Shown: in pieces, positions 26,216 through 36,777 of the stretch
Position numbering within the stretch: the stretch's first letter is position 1
Layout: each line of letters starts with the position of its first letter
IMG/VR virus record: IMGVR_UViG_3300049561_000021
Coordinates: 1-62,400 of that record
Source: a virus
Taxonomy: Duplodnaviria > Caudoviricetes
Direction: 5' to 3' (one strand)
Length of the DNA: 62,400 bases
Notes under the pieces: model-generated
Told to the model about the DNA's origin: nothing
What the model saw: only the letters and a program-made list of their open reading frames with translations
Databases searched by the model: none
Translations under genes and position numbers: made by a program

Positions 26216-26463
26216 ACGGATTTTCAACTATTGAATTAATTTGGTTAAATGCATGTATTGAAAAAATTAAAACATATCGGATGGCACTAAATCCAATTGA
26301 TTTACTTAGAAAAGAATTGATTTCTTTTGAAAGTGCTTTAAATCATTCACAGGAATCATATAATAAAGGTGATATTGATGCTGCTACGCATTTAATGCAT
26401 AAAGAAAATCTTACAAAATTAATACATCAGTATAAACAAGCAATACTAATACTTGAACCATGA
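26212..26463 (+). CDS. hypothetical protein
   Basis: ATGA-coupled ORF. Confidence 0.6.
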   Translation: MNGFSTIELIWLNACIEKIKTYRMALNPIDLLRKELISFESALNHSQESYNKGDIDAATHLMHKENLTKLIHQYKQAILILEP

Positions 26464-27092
26464 TTAGAAGAAATTACATTTTTGATGCAATTGATAAAAT
26501 TGAAAAAAAAGGTTTACGACAAAAAACAATTCTTACTAATGATCCATCTATGACAGCTTGGGGGTGGGCAGTTGTTACATTCGATGGAGTGATTCTTAAA
26601 ACAGGATGTATTAAAACGGAAACTGCTGGTAAGAAAAGACGTATTAGAAAGTCAGATGAAACTTCACAAAGAATTTCTGAGATTAATAATATTCTTATTG
26701 GTTTAATTAAAGAATATAATGTTAATTTAATTTTGTCTGAATCACCTCATGGTAGTCAAAATGCTAGTGCTGCTGTCATGATAGGTGCAGTTGCTGCTAT
26801 TGTACAAACTATTTCTGATTGTTTAGATATTGCCGTCGAATTCTATAGTGAACAAGATTCTAAAAAATGTTTACTTGGTAAGAAGTCTGCAACTAAAATA
26901 GAAACTATGCTAGCAATTGATAAACTATATAAAGTTCCAATTACAAAAGGCATTGGAAAAAATAGAAAAGGTGAAGTTATAGCTTTGTGGTCAGGCGTAG
27001 CTTATATTGATGAGGCAGTTGCAGATGCTTTATCAATCCATTATGTAGCAAGTAAACAAAGCTCAACATTAAAATTATTACGAAATAAATGA
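26460..27092 (+). CDS. ruvC: RuvC-like Holliday junction resolvase
   Basis: DPSMTAWGWA, E, KK..LGKKSATK, DEAVADA. Confidence 0.85.
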   Translation: MIRRNYIFDAIDKIEKKGLRQKTILTNDPSMTAWGWAVVTFDGVILKTGCIKTETAGKKRRIRKSDETSQRISEINNILIGLIKEYNVNLILSESPHGSQNASAAVMIGAVAAIVQTISDCLDIAVEFYSEQDSKKCLLGKKSATKIETMLAIDKLYKVPITKGIGKNRKGEVIALWSGVAYIDEAVADALSIHYVASKQSSTLKLLRNK

Positions 27093-28114
27093 TTAAATCC
27101 CTTCATATTCGAAATTATCTATCACATAAAGATACTTTTATAGAATTTCATCCAGGTTCAAATGTTATTATTGGTTTATCTGATGCAGGAAAATCGGCTA
27201 TGATGAATGCTTTATATTGGGTACTATTTAATCAACCACTAGGTGATGACTTCAGGTCTTGGTGGGGAGGTGATACTTCTGTAAAGTTAGAACTTGATAA
27301 TGGCACAGTAGAAAGAGTCCGTAAGACTGGATTTAATGGGTACATTCTTAATGGAAAAAGTAAATTCGAAGCTATCAAATCAGGTATTCCAGATGAAATT
27401 TCAAAAGTTCTAAATATAAATGATATTAATTTTCAAGAACAACTTGACACACATTTTTTACTAAGTAAAACATCGGGTGAAGTAGCAAAATATTTTAACA
27501 AAATAGCAAGACTTGACAAAATTGATTTAAGTACAACTAATGTAAATAGTTGGATTATGTCAATTACTCAAACTATTAAAACTAAACAAGAAGATTTTAA
27601 AAAGAAAACAGAAGAATTAAAAGAGTATGCTTATTTAGAAAAGTATGAAAGGGAAGTTATAAAATTAGAAAAATTACAAAATACTCGAGATACACAAGAT
27701 ACACAAGCAGGAAAGCTTGAAAAATTACTGGTAGATTTTGAAAATACACAACAAGAAATCAATAAATACCAAAAAATACTTTCTATCGAAAATCAACTTG
27801 ATAGAATACTTAATAAGATTGAAACGAAAAACAAATTAGAGGAGGATTACAACAAGTTATGTAATATAATTGAATCTATCGAAAGTAAACAACAAAAGAT
27901 ACAATCATATGAATCTATATTAATACAAGAAAACAACATTACAAAAATTTTGCAATTATATATTGATAAAAATAACTTAAAAATGTTATTTATAAATATT
28001 GCAAATGTAACTTTAAAATTAAAAGATGCTGAATTTGAATTTAAAAGACTACATGAAAAATTTGATAAAGAAATGGGTGATACGTGTTTATTATGTGGAA
28101 CTAAAATAAAATAA
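27089..28114 (+). CDS. sbcC: SbcC/Rad50-like ATPase, N-terminal half (Walker A, coiled coil, zinc hook)
   Basis: IRNYLSH, GLSDAGKS, Q-loop QEQ, coiled coil, ends CLLCG. Confidence 0.85.
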   Translation: MIKSLHIRNYLSHKDTFIEFHPGSNVIIGLSDAGKSAMMNALYWVLFNQPLGDDFRSWWGGDTSVKLELDNGTVERVRKTGFNGYILNGKSKFEAIKSGIPDEISKVLNINDINFQEQLDTHFLLSKTSGEVAKYFNKIARLDKIDLSTTNVNSWIMSITQTIKTKQEDFKKKTEELKEYAYLEKYEREVIKLEKLQNTRDTQDTQAGKLEKLLVDFENTQQEINKYQKILSIENQLDRILNKIETKNKLEEDYNKLCNIIESIESKQQKIQSYESILIQENNITKILQLYIDKNNLKMLFINIANVTLKLKDAEFEFKRLHEKFDKEMGDTCLLCGTKIK

Positions 28115-28190
28115 CTATGAATTTTGAAAATCAGTCACATTTTTGTATACAATTAAAACAACTATCTAATGAACTTTAAAATATATAACT

Positions 28191-28637
28191 ATGGAAAAAT
28201 ACACTGTTGGAATTGTATTTAATAAAGAATTATCAAAAGTAATTCTTGTACTAAAAAACAGACCTAAATGGCAAGAAGGATTATATAACTTTCCTGGGGG
28301 CCATATTGAAAAAGGTGAAAGTGGATTAGAATGTATTATAAGAGAAGTAAAAGAGGAATGTGAAATACGTATTATATCTCCTGCATATATTGGTAAAATT
28401 GTAAACAATATGGCAAATTATTATGTAAAAATATATACAACTATAACCGAGGAAGTACATTTACATACAAATGAAGATCAAATTCCAATTTGGGCTGAAG
28501 TGGAAAATCTTCCAAAAAATATAGTATCAAATTTATTATGGTTAATACCTTTTGCTAAAAATTATATTCAAATTGGAAATAATCCGGATTATATTTCATT
28601 TGGTAAATTTAAATATAATGCTATATTATTCACATAA
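28191..28637 (+). CDS. Nudix hydrolase
   Basis: PGGHIEKGESGLECIIREVKEEC Nudix box. Confidence 0.9.
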   Translation: MEKYTVGIVFNKELSKVILVLKNRPKWQEGLYNFPGGHIEKGESGLECIIREVKEECEIRIISPAYIGKIVNNMANYYVKIYTTITEEVHLHTNEDQIPIWAEVENLPKNIVSNLLWLIPFAKNYIQIGNNPDYISFGKFKYNAILFT

Positions 28638-28680
28638 TGCAACTAACTAAACAAATATATAGAATTAAAATAAAATAGAT

Positions 28681-28887
28681 ATGAAATGTCCTAAATGTAA
28701 GTTAAGCCCAAATATTCCTTTTTATAGAATTAATCCAAAAGAAGAAATTGGAATATTTTGGTGTAAAAGTTGTTTAAAAAAATATGAACCTGAACTTTTT
28801 AAAAATGAAAGAGAAGATACAGGGGAAATTATTGATATTATTCAATCTGTATTTTCGGATACAAATGGGACAATTATAAAATTATGA
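28681..28887 (+). CDS. small Zn-finger protein
   Basis: CPKC...WCKSC. Confidence 0.65.
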   Translation: MKCPKCKLSPNIPFYRINPKEEIGIFWCKSCLKKYEPELFKNEREDTGEIIDIIQSVFSDTNGTIIKL

Positions 28888-29765
28888 AACAACCTAATCT
28901 AATTTTAACTAGTGATTGGCATTTGAGAGAAAGCCAACCAGTATGCAGAGTTGATGACTACTGGTCTGCACAATGGAAAAAAGTTGATTATATTTCTAAT
29001 TTACAAAAGAAATATAATTGTCTCGTATTGCATGGAGGTGACTTGTATGATTATTGGAAACCAAGCCCATTTTTACTAAGTGAAACTATTTATCATTTAC
29101 CTAAGCAATTCTTTACTTGTTATGGACAACATGATTTACCACAACATAACTTAGAATTAGATTATAAAAGCGGTATTTATTTGTTATTGACAGCAAATAA
29201 ATTAAGCACAAATAATAGACGAGAATTACAAATTTGTCATTGGGGACAAGATCCAAATAAAGATTCTCTAAAAGATGCAAATAAGAAAATTCTTGTTTGG
29301 CATAAAATGAATTATAAAGGCAAAGAACCTTGGCCAGGTTGTACGGATCCAACTGCTTCACAATTATTGAAGAAATATCCTGAGTACGACTTGATCTTGA
29401 CTGGAGACAATCACAAAAGTTTTGTACAAGAATATGAAGGTAGATTGCTAGTGAATCCAGGTTCATTGATGCGAATGGATGCCGACCAAATTGATCACAA
29501 ACCTCGTGTTTATCTTTACTACGCTGAAACGAATTTTGTTGAAGTTGTTTTTTTACCAATTGAAAAAAATGTAATTTCACGAGAACATTTGGATGTAGTA
29601 GAAGAACGAAATGAGCGATTATCTGCTTATGTAAGTCGATTAGATAGCAAGTGGGAAGTAACTATGTCTTATGAAAAGAATCTTGAAATATTTGAAAAAG
29701 AAAATAATGTAGAGCAATCAATAGTAAATATAATTAATAAATCTTTAGAAGTATGCGAGCAATAA
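28884..29765 (+). CDS. sbcD: SbcD/Mre11-like metallophosphoesterase nuclease
   Basis: SDWH, GGDLYD, GQHD, GDNH, NPGS. Confidence 0.9.
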   Translation: MKQPNLILTSDWHLRESQPVCRVDDYWSAQWKKVDYISNLQKKYNCLVLHGGDLYDYWKPSPFLLSETIYHLPKQFFTCYGQHDLPQHNLELDYKSGIYLLLTANKLSTNNRRELQICHWGQDPNKDSLKDANKKILVWHKMNYKGKEPWPGCTDPTASQLLKKYPEYDLILTGDNHKSFVQEYEGRLLVNPGSLMRMDADQIDHKPRVYLYYAETNFVEVVFLPIEKNVISREHLDVVEERNERLSAYVSRLDSKWEVTMSYEKNLEIFEKENNVEQSIVNIINKSLEVCEQ

Positions 29766-29947
29766 ATAAAAAATCAGGGGAAAAGTATATTATCTTGCAA
29801 GAAGACATATTAAATGTAACAAATGAGGATGCGGATGATATGATGTTAATGGTTTTATATGTAAAAGAATTAGAGGCATCACTAGATGATTCTCAATTAT
29901 ATTGTAGAGAAAAAGATGAATTTAATGAAAAATTTGAAAGAATTTAA
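29753..29947 (+). CDS. DUF1653-like small protein
   Basis: KSGEKY...MVLY...YCREKDEFNEKF. Confidence 0.6.
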   Translation: MRAINKKSGEKYIILQEDILNVTNEDADDMMLMVLYVKELEASLDDSQLYCREKDEFNEKFERI

Positions 29948-29969
29948 GTAATTTTAAACCATTCCTACA

Positions 29970-30203
29970 ATGACAGAGCAACAACTTTTGCAATTAAAAC
30001 GACAAGTGGATGAAGCAAAATCTACAGTTAACCAATTAAAAGGGCATAAACAGGCTCTTATGAAACAACTAAACGATGATTGGGCATGTAATACAATTGA
30101 GGAAGCTGAAAAGAAATTATCTAAAATGGATAAAGAAATAGACGATTTAGATAGTCAAATTAATGAAGGTATTAAAAAACTTGAGGAGGAGGATAATGAA
30201 TAA
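29970..30203 (+). CDS. 77-aa coiled-coil protein, possibly a middle piece of split SbcC
   Basis: Heptad pattern; lies between sbcD and the SbcC C-terminal half. Confidence 0.7.
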   Translation: MTEQQLLQLKRQVDEAKSTVNQLKGHKQALMKQLNDDWACNTIEEAEKKLSKMDKEIDDLDSQINEGIKKLEEEDNE

Positions 30204-30327
30204 TCCATATTTTAAAAATCAATATAAAAAAGAGCTTGTTTGGAAAAATATATTACGATTTTTAGCAATATCCTTTCTTTATCTTTTTTTTAAATTGCTC
30301 AAACTATTAACTCTAAAAATTAAGTAA
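30196..30327 (+). CDS. 43-aa membrane peptide (absent from the ORF track)
   Basis: MNNPYF...ILRFLAISFLYLFF..*; GGAGG upstream; fills the gap. Confidence 0.45.
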   Translation: MNNPYFKNQYKKELVWKNILRFLAISFLYLFFKLLKLLTLKIK

Positions 30328-30329
30328 AT

Positions 30330-30956
30330 ATGAATCTTCAGCAACTACGAAATAATCTTGAACGTAAAAAAGGACAGAAAATTAAAGTTGAGCAAAATAT
30401 TTCAACTTTACGTCGTGAAATTGCTATGAAAAAGCAAGATTTGCAAAAGCATGAAAAAGCACGGGAGATTATTCGAATTGTTGGGAGATCAACACAGGAA
30501 CAACTTTCTTTTCACATCTCCGATATAACCTCACTTGCTCTTGAAGCAATTTTTGATGATCCGTATAAATTACAAATTGAATTTGTCCCGCGTCGTAATA
30601 AGACTGAATGTGATTTATTCTTTATCCGTAATGGCAATAAAGTAGATCCTTTAAAAGCATCAGGTGTAGGTGCAGTTGACGTCGCTGCTTTTGCTCTACG
30701 AATTGCAGCTTGGTCAATGCAAATCCCACATAGTAGAAATGTAATGTTACTTGATGAACCTTTTAAATATTTAAAAGGTGTAAAGGCAAATCTTCGATTA
30801 CTTGATATGATAAATGAAATATCAAAAAGATTAAAACTTCAAACTATAATGGTTAGTGATGAACGAATAGATAAAGAAGATATTTACGAAAAAGCAGATC
30901 GAGTATTTGAAGTAAGCATTAAAAAAGGTATTTCACAAGTAAAAACAAGCGAATGA
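30330..30956 (+). CDS. sbcC: SbcC/Rad50-like ATPase, C-terminal half (signature and Walker B)
   Basis: Coiled coil, ASGVG, FALRIA, LLDEPF, IMVS. Confidence 0.85.
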   Translation: MNLQQLRNNLERKKGQKIKVEQNISTLRREIAMKKQDLQKHEKAREIIRIVGRSTQEQLSFHISDITSLALEAIFDDPYKLQIEFVPRRNKTECDLFFIRNGNKVDPLKASGVGAVDVAAFALRIAAWSMQIPHSRNVMLLDEPFKYLKGVKANLRLLDMINEISKRLKLQTIMVSDERIDKEDIYEKADRVFEVSIKKGISQVKTSE

Positions 30957-31300
30957 CTCAAGAAGAAATCATTAATAGAATACTTTTAGAAATACAACAT
31001 AAAAGTATTCTATCTACAAAAGATTATACACCTACAACAGATCATTATATCCCTGTTCGATTTTTTAAGTATTATATGCAATTAGCTTATGCTGCTGGAT
31101 ATGATCAAGGTAGGAAATTGTGTTGTAATCAAAAACAAGTAGAACAAATAAAAGATGGAAAAGTAATTAAAATATGGAGTAGTCAGTCTGAAGCTTCAAG
31201 AGCCGTAGGAGCTGATAATAAAACAATAAATCGCGCAGTTAAAGGTAAAATAAAAACTTGTAAAGGATTCCAATGGAGAGAACATAAGTCAATAGTTTAA
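30953..31300 (+). CDS. NUMOD1-type HTH DNA-binding protein
   Basis: DGKVIKIWSSQSEASR...I.RAVKGKIKTCKGFQW. Confidence 0.75.
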   Translation: MTQEEIINRILLEIQHKSILSTKDYTPTTDHYIPVRFFKYYMQLAYAAGYDQGRKLCCNQKQVEQIKDGKVIKIWSSQSEASRAVGADNKTINRAVKGKIKTCKGFQWREHKSIV

Positions 31301-31305
31301 ATAAT

Positions 31306-31346
31306 AAAAGCCCGGAACTCAATTAACCAGATTGACCGGGCTTTTT
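31306..31346. terminator. Bidirectional intrinsic terminator between the convergent arms
   Basis: AAAAGCCCGG 31306-31315 / CCGGGCTTTT 31336-31345, inner TCAAT/ATTGA. Confidence 0.85.
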
Positions 31347-31350
31347 GCTT

Positions 31351-31974
31351 TTATTTTCTTAATTTTATAATAATACCTACTTTTATTGAATGAAAATTTA
31401 TATTTCCATATCTCTGGTAAATGTAACCAATCTCTGTATTTTTCTTTGTAATAAAATCTACACCTCCACCAAAAAGAAATGAATTTGCATTGCCACCAAC
31501 ATTTGCAGAAATGAATAATTTGTTTCGAGAAGTTTCAACAGGATTATTAATTATTTTAGGAACATAAACGGTCGTGTTTTTAACAATTTCTGATATAATA
31601 GGCATATATTCCCACTTTCTATCTAAAAGTTGTCCTTTTATCGTTAAATTGATATGTACGTTAATATCTTTCCGTATCAAACTATCCTGGTAATTATTTA
31701 TTGTAGAATCTTTTTTATCTGAAATTGGTTTTGGTAAAGGATTATTGTTTACATAAATCGTTTTACCTTTTATCAAAAAAGTATCTATTTTAATTACCGG
31801 AGGTTTATTGGCAAGAGTTTGAACAGAATCCCAAACAACTTTACTAACTAATATTTGTCCTTTTGGTGGGCAGGTGGTTTGTTTGCATTCACGAAGGAAT
31901 ATAATATACAATACTGCAATAATTAATAATACGATAGCTCCATTTGACAATATTTTCCTTATTGTTTCTTTCAT
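31351..31974 (-). CDS. Membrane-anchored lysis-module protein (spanin candidate)
   Basis: N-terminal TM ending LREC, beta-rich C-terminus; follows holin and endolysin. Confidence 0.5.
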   Translation of the reverse strand: MKETIRKILSNGAIVLLIIAVLYIIFLRECKQTTCPPKGQILVSKVVWDSVQTLANKPPVIKIDTFLIKGKTIYVNNNPLPKPISDKKDSTINNYQDSLIRKDINVHINLTIKGQLLDRKWEYMPIISEIVKNTTVYVPKIINNPVETSRNKLFISANVGGNANSFLFGGGVDFITKKNTEIGYIYQRYGNINFHSIKVGIIIKLRK

Positions 31975-32183
31975 ACTTCCTCCTCAGATGTAAATTTACT
32001 AAATCCTTTAAGTGTAATGATAAGAATAGTCATTCCAAAATTTAGCCATAATTTTAATCCTTCGGAGATAGGAATAGACATAATGGTAGTCAAGTAGAGT
32101 GGTAAAGTATAAAGTAAAGCATTAGATACTTGTTTCCAATTTTTATTGGAAGGTTTTGAAAGATTATCAATTCGTATGCTCAT
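31971..32183 (-). CDS. putative holin
   Basis: 70 aa, two hydrophobic helices, adjacent to the endolysin. Confidence 0.6.
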   Translation of the reverse strand: MSIRIDNLSKPSNKNWKQVSNALLYTLPLYLTTIMSIPISEGLKLWLNFGMTILIITLKGFSKFTSEEEV

Positions 32184-32200
32184 AATTAGAAATATTAAGT

Positions 32201-32677
32201 TTATAAGTGAGTATTATTAACACGATTTAACCAACCTTTTAGAAAAATTTTATTATTACCTCGTTTGGCAATTTGGTTATAGAAATCAACACGAGCTTGT
32301 TTAAATTGTTGTAGAAAATCAGAATCAAGCATTGTATTAATTAATCCTGCAGTAATTTTCCCTAATTTTCCATCTGTAGTTGTTTTAACTACTTTTTGAG
32401 CCATTTGAACTGCTACAATACGTCCTGCATTTACAGCGTGGTCAAATATTTGCAACGCATTATTTGAATCTATAATTAAATCCAAATTACAAGGATTCCA
32501 ATAATCTCGTAAATAAAGTTCTTTTGCTCGTTCAATAGTAAGATTTTTAATATCCTCGTTAGGATATGCTCGTTTGGAAATTCCATATTTGGTTTCACCA
32601 CCTGAGTCATTCATGTTATTTACATAACCTCCTTCATTACGAAGAATAACTGGAATACAAAGATCAAAGTTGCACAT
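32201..32677 (-). CDS. Endolysin, GH108 with PG-binding domain
   Basis: EGGYVN..DSGGETKYGIS, FD.AVNAG, DGKLG..T, FLKGWLNR. Confidence 0.93.
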   Translation of the reverse strand: MCNFDLCIPVILRNEGGYVNNMNDSGGETKYGISKRAYPNEDIKNLTIERAKELYLRDYWNPCNLDLIIDSNNALQIFDHAVNAGRIVAVQMAQKVVKTTTDGKLGKITAGLINTMLDSDFLQQFKQARVDFYNQIAKRGNNKIFLKGWLNRVNNTHL

Positions 32678-32681
32678 ACTT

Positions 32682-32852
32682 TTAAGATTTATTTATTTTT
32701 GCAAAGATCATACCCATCAATTCGTTAACTTCCTTCCAAGGTTGATTTGATAAATATACAAATAACTTTTCAACTTCTTGCTGAGTAAATAATAAATCTT
32801 TTGCTTGAGTAGCATTCATTTTTACTTCTTTTTTTACTTCTTGATTCTCCAT
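32682..32852 (-). CDS. 56-aa protein downstream of the tail fibre (absent from the ORF track)
   Basis: MENQEVKK...LFVYLSNQPWKEVNELM...*. Confidence 0.6.
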   Translation of the reverse strand: MENQEVKKEVKMNATQAKDLLFTQQEVEKLFVYLSNQPWKEVNELMGMIFAKINKS

Positions 32853-32885
32853 AATTTTAAGTTTTATTTGGTTAATAAAATATAA

Positions 32886-34463
32886 TTAAGTAACTCGTAA
32901 TACGTTTAAATATACTCCATATAATCCTGTATTCTCAGATCCTGCAGCATGATCTCTATCAATTACTAAATAAACAACATCACTTGCTGTTAAAGCTTTA
33001 GGGTATTGCATTGATATAGCCCCTCCATATGCTCCAGTTGACATACTATATACTTCTGCACCTCCTTCAACAGTTGTATTAACTTTAAATGTCATCGTAT
33101 AATATGAATTAAAAGCAGAAGCACTTTCAAGCATTCCACAACCAAACGAAACTAAATAATTTCCAGTAGCTGGAACTGTAACAGAAAAAATATTTGAATA
33201 CCCTCCACCAACTAATATACCTGCATAATTATCATTATTACAAGTCACACTACCTACACTGGCAGTTTGCCAAGTACCTACTCCATCAGCATCAGAAGTA
33301 AGAACTTTTGATGCACCAGGTGACCCTCCTGTTATTTTAATTTGACCCATCGTAACCATTCCAGCAGAAGTAATAGTAAATGGGACGCTCCATCCTGTTC
33401 CATTATAATGAGCAATATCAAAAGCGTAAGTTGTAATTTTATGTACAAATTGCCATTTTCGCGGAGTTGCTTCTACGCTCCAAAGTTCAAAACCAGCATA
33501 ATTATCACCATCACTTGCTCCTCTAATCCTTGCATAGGAAGCACTTGCATCATTATAAATGTCTAATTTACTGCCAGGAGTATCAGTTCCAATCCCTATT
33601 AACCCATTGTTAAGAATAGTCATCCTTTTTAACCATGTAATAGCTGTATCTATTGTGCCAGAAGCTACGGTATAAAAATTATGAACACCACTCACTATCT
33701 CGTAATATGCCCCTACATTTGCAGTTTTGTATTTCCAACTATCAGAATAATATGCATTATTTACTAATCCAATAACATTACTTACATACCCAAATAAAAT
33801 AGAAGACTGAGTTGCCTCAATTACTCTATAATCTGTATGCCATGCTTCGACATCAGTCGTACCAAATCCAATATTGCCAGAAGGTATTTTCATTACTAAA
33901 TGATATACTGGAGAACCAGCCCATAAATTCTTGCTGCTAATCATAAAATCCTTCCAAATACCTGTACTTTCACCTCTAATGTATCTGAATCCCCAATAAC
34001 TTTCTAATCCTCCATATTTCATATTAGAAAAATCAACAATTTCTCCATTATCTAAAGATAAAGCTAATGTAGATTCAATAGCATTTGTAGCGGGGGCATC
34101 CAATGAAAGAATAGTATACCCATCTGTAACAGCTTCACCAACAGTATTCATCCAACGAATTATTCCTTTTTGATGCGTGTCATAATCTCGTGCAATGCAT
34201 GTCACATCTGTTCCAGATGACATCCAATTCATTATAAGGTGACTTGTTCCCCATGCCCCCGCTCCTCCATCTCCTTTAACAGTTAAAATTGCATCTGTAG
34301 AAGCTATTGTATATATATCATTTGTAACAGCAAACTTTCCAACAAAATTATAGTCACCAATCCCACGATCACCTCGTTTTGAAAGATAATCACCTCCTGA
34401 AGAAACATAATTAAAATCACCGGGAAGTCCTACTCTATATGAATCATATGTTATTATCATCAT
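32886..34463 (-). CDS. Tail fibre / receptor-binding protein
   Basis: GNIGFGTT, GLIGIGTDTPGSKL, KVLTSDADGVGTWQ; C1q-like beta-rich C-terminus. Confidence 0.75.
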   Translation of the reverse strand: MMIITYDSYRVGLPGDFNYVSSGGDYLSKRGDRGIGDYNFVGKFAVTNDIYTIASTDAILTVKGDGGAGAWGTSHLIMNWMSSGTDVTCIARDYDTHQKGIIRWMNTVGEAVTDGYTILSLDAPATNAIESTLALSLDNGEIVDFSNMKYGGLESYWGFRYIRGESTGIWKDFMISSKNLWAGSPVYHLVMKIPSGNIGFGTTDVEAWHTDYRVIEATQSSILFGYVSNVIGLVNNAYYSDSWKYKTANVGAYYEIVSGVHNFYTVASGTIDTAITWLKRMTILNNGLIGIGTDTPGSKLDIYNDASASYARIRGASDGDNYAGFELWSVEATPRKWQFVHKITTYAFDIAHYNGTGWSVPFTITSAGMVTMGQIKITGGSPGASKVLTSDADGVGTWQTASVGSVTCNNDNYAGILVGGGYSNIFSVTVPATGNYLVSFGCGMLESASAFNSYYTMTFKVNTTVEGGAEVYSMSTGAYGGAISMQYPKALTASDVVYLVIDRDHAAGSENTGLYGVYLNVLRVT

Positions 34464-34471
34464 TATATTTA

Positions 34472-36775
34472 TTAAGTAATTGTGCGATATAATAAATCTC
34501 CAATTGAATGCTCTTTTAAACTCATACTTTCATATATAGATGTTTCAAGATTGAACCTATATCCATCTATATAAAATAATCTTGGTTTACCTCCTGTATA
34601 TGCTAATCCTGCTGCAGATGGATACGTTGCAAAGTCATTTAATACATGTAATTCTGTATCACTTTCAATAGAGGCAATAGCATTCCACCCATATCCATCA
34701 ACCGTAATAATATCATATTCCTCTGGATTTTGATACATAGTACGAAATGTACTTAAAAATTGTGTATTTGTACCTATTACCGTTTTAATTGCAGTTATTT
34801 GTACTGTTCCTGGATTTGGAAAACCTGGATTTACTAATGTGAATGGTTTTATAAATGTCTCTGAATAAATATCAGATGTAATTTCTCGACGTACTTTACT
34901 GTAAATTTGAAACCGATCTTCAATGATATGTTGAGTTAAAGGTAGATGTATAGGAGAAAAAAGAGATCGTGAATATGCATCTGTCCAGTCTACAGTATGA
35001 ATTTTATCCAAATTTAAAAATAAACTATTAGATACTCCATAAGAAACCGTGTCGTATAAATCAATATCCCATTTTCCAACATCAATAAAACTACTACTAA
35101 TATCACCCGTAATTACATTATCTTCAATTATTTCACTTGTAGTCACAATAATTTCACCAAAAACACTTTCTCGCAATGAATAATTTGGTTTATTTAATCT
35201 TGCAGGATAAAAATTAGTATATAATGGATTATTATACCCTAATTCACAAATCCCAATTACATATAGATTACTTGTAATATTTATATCATATGGTAAACTT
35301 ACAGAAGTTGTAAATGTATGTGAATAAGTCTCTTTATCGGTAAAAGAATCAAAAGGAATTTCTGCAGAAATTATCCCCCAATCATTCACACCTCCATATT
35401 TTGTTATGTCATTTTGCTGTCTAAATTCATATTTGTTAGTTGTAGAGTTCATATGTAACCAACTATGTGTTATCCCATTTCCTATAAAAAAACGAGCATA
35501 AAATTTATGATTATTTGGGTGAACTTTAGAGTCACTTACAAAATATGTAAAATTATATAAAAAATTATCAGGTAATGTAAATTTAAATGAAATATTAATT
35601 GATGTATCTGTAGCAGTATTTAATTGTAAACAAAATCTACTATATAATCCTGTTAATGATGCTCTCAAGTGTGTATCTAATACTGTTCCACTTGTTTCAT
35701 CAATAAAATTAGTAGAATCCGCCCCACCTATTAACAAATTATCATCAAATACAACATATTTTTTCATCCCATGATAAGTTTCTGTACCTACAAAAAAGTA
35801 TTCTAAACCTAAAACAGATTCCCACTCACCAAAAGCTGGACCTACAAATTCAAGTAGATTAAGCGGGGTTACAAACGTAACATTATTATAATATGGTGTA
35901 AAAAGATTACTTTTTCGTTTTTCTTTTAATGTTAGTTCAATTCGTTTCAACCCAGGTGTATATACAATCTTCTGAGACATATTACAAGGACGAAGTTCTG
36001 TTCCCATTGTTAAAATAGTATTTGTTATAGGAACATCCACAACACTTGAACCTACCCATCTTTTATAATTTTTTGTAGTAAGACCTAAATCTTTTTTTCT
36101 TTCAATATACCACTCATCATTGTAATAATAAATAATACTATCAAATGATTTAAGTATTTTTTCTAATACTGTTTTACAATCATCAATTTCAATTTCATTT
36201 TGATAGAAAAGATCAGCATCCACCCATATTGTATCAAATCCTAATCCACCACCTGTTCCTTCTTGTAAAGTACAATTAATATTAATTGGTAAACTAAGAT
36301 GTGTAAAAGACAAGCAATTTTCTATAATTTCAATAAATGAATAAATCCCTTTTGTAGTAAAAATTGTTGGTGTATATTCATCTAATCTATTTAAATTGCA
36401 AGTTGCATTGATATTAATCACACCATTTTTTAACCAAACTTGCTCAATAACATTACACGGAATAAATCCTGAAAAAAATGTAATGCTTGTTCCAATTCCA
36501 TAAATCCTAACATAAAATTCTAAATCCGAAATAGTAAATAAGTCGTCATATTCATAAAAGTTAGTTTTATTATTAATAATATCTATAGAAACACTTACAG
36601 ATCGAATGGGCTCAAAATAATCTGCTTTTTCTATATTAGTGCTAACACCATTTGCAGCTATAGTTAAAGGATAAATAGGCCCAGAAATACTATAATCTTT
36701 TTTAAGAATTTCAACAGCAATCTGTCCTAATCCACGATTATACAAGTACCCTCTATATTTTGCGTAATATGCCAT
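34472..36775 (-). CDS. Tail tip / baseplate structural protein
   Basis: 767 aa, beta-rich, directly after the tape measure gene. Confidence 0.65.
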   Translation of the reverse strand: MAYYAKYRGYLYNRGLGQIAVEILKKDYSISGPIYPLTIAANGVSTNIEKADYFEPIRSVSVSIDIINNKTNFYEYDDLFTISDLEFYVRIYGIGTSITFFSGFIPCNVIEQVWLKNGVININATCNLNRLDEYTPTIFTTKGIYSFIEIIENCLSFTHLSLPININCTLQEGTGGGLGFDTIWVDADLFYQNEIEIDDCKTVLEKILKSFDSIIYYYNDEWYIERKKDLGLTTKNYKRWVGSSVVDVPITNTILTMGTELRPCNMSQKIVYTPGLKRIELTLKEKRKSNLFTPYYNNVTFVTPLNLLEFVGPAFGEWESVLGLEYFFVGTETYHGMKKYVVFDDNLLIGGADSTNFIDETSGTVLDTHLRASLTGLYSRFCLQLNTATDTSINISFKFTLPDNFLYNFTYFVSDSKVHPNNHKFYARFFIGNGITHSWLHMNSTTNKYEFRQQNDITKYGGVNDWGIISAEIPFDSFTDKETYSHTFTTSVSLPYDINITSNLYVIGICELGYNNPLYTNFYPARLNKPNYSLRESVFGEIIVTTSEIIEDNVITGDISSSFIDVGKWDIDLYDTVSYGVSNSLFLNLDKIHTVDWTDAYSRSLFSPIHLPLTQHIIEDRFQIYSKVRREITSDIYSETFIKPFTLVNPGFPNPGTVQITAIKTVIGTNTQFLSTFRTMYQNPEEYDIITVDGYGWNAIASIESDTELHVLNDFATYPSAAGLAYTGGKPRLFYIDGYRFNLETSIYESMSLKEHSIGDLLYRTIT

Positions 36776-36777
36776 TA

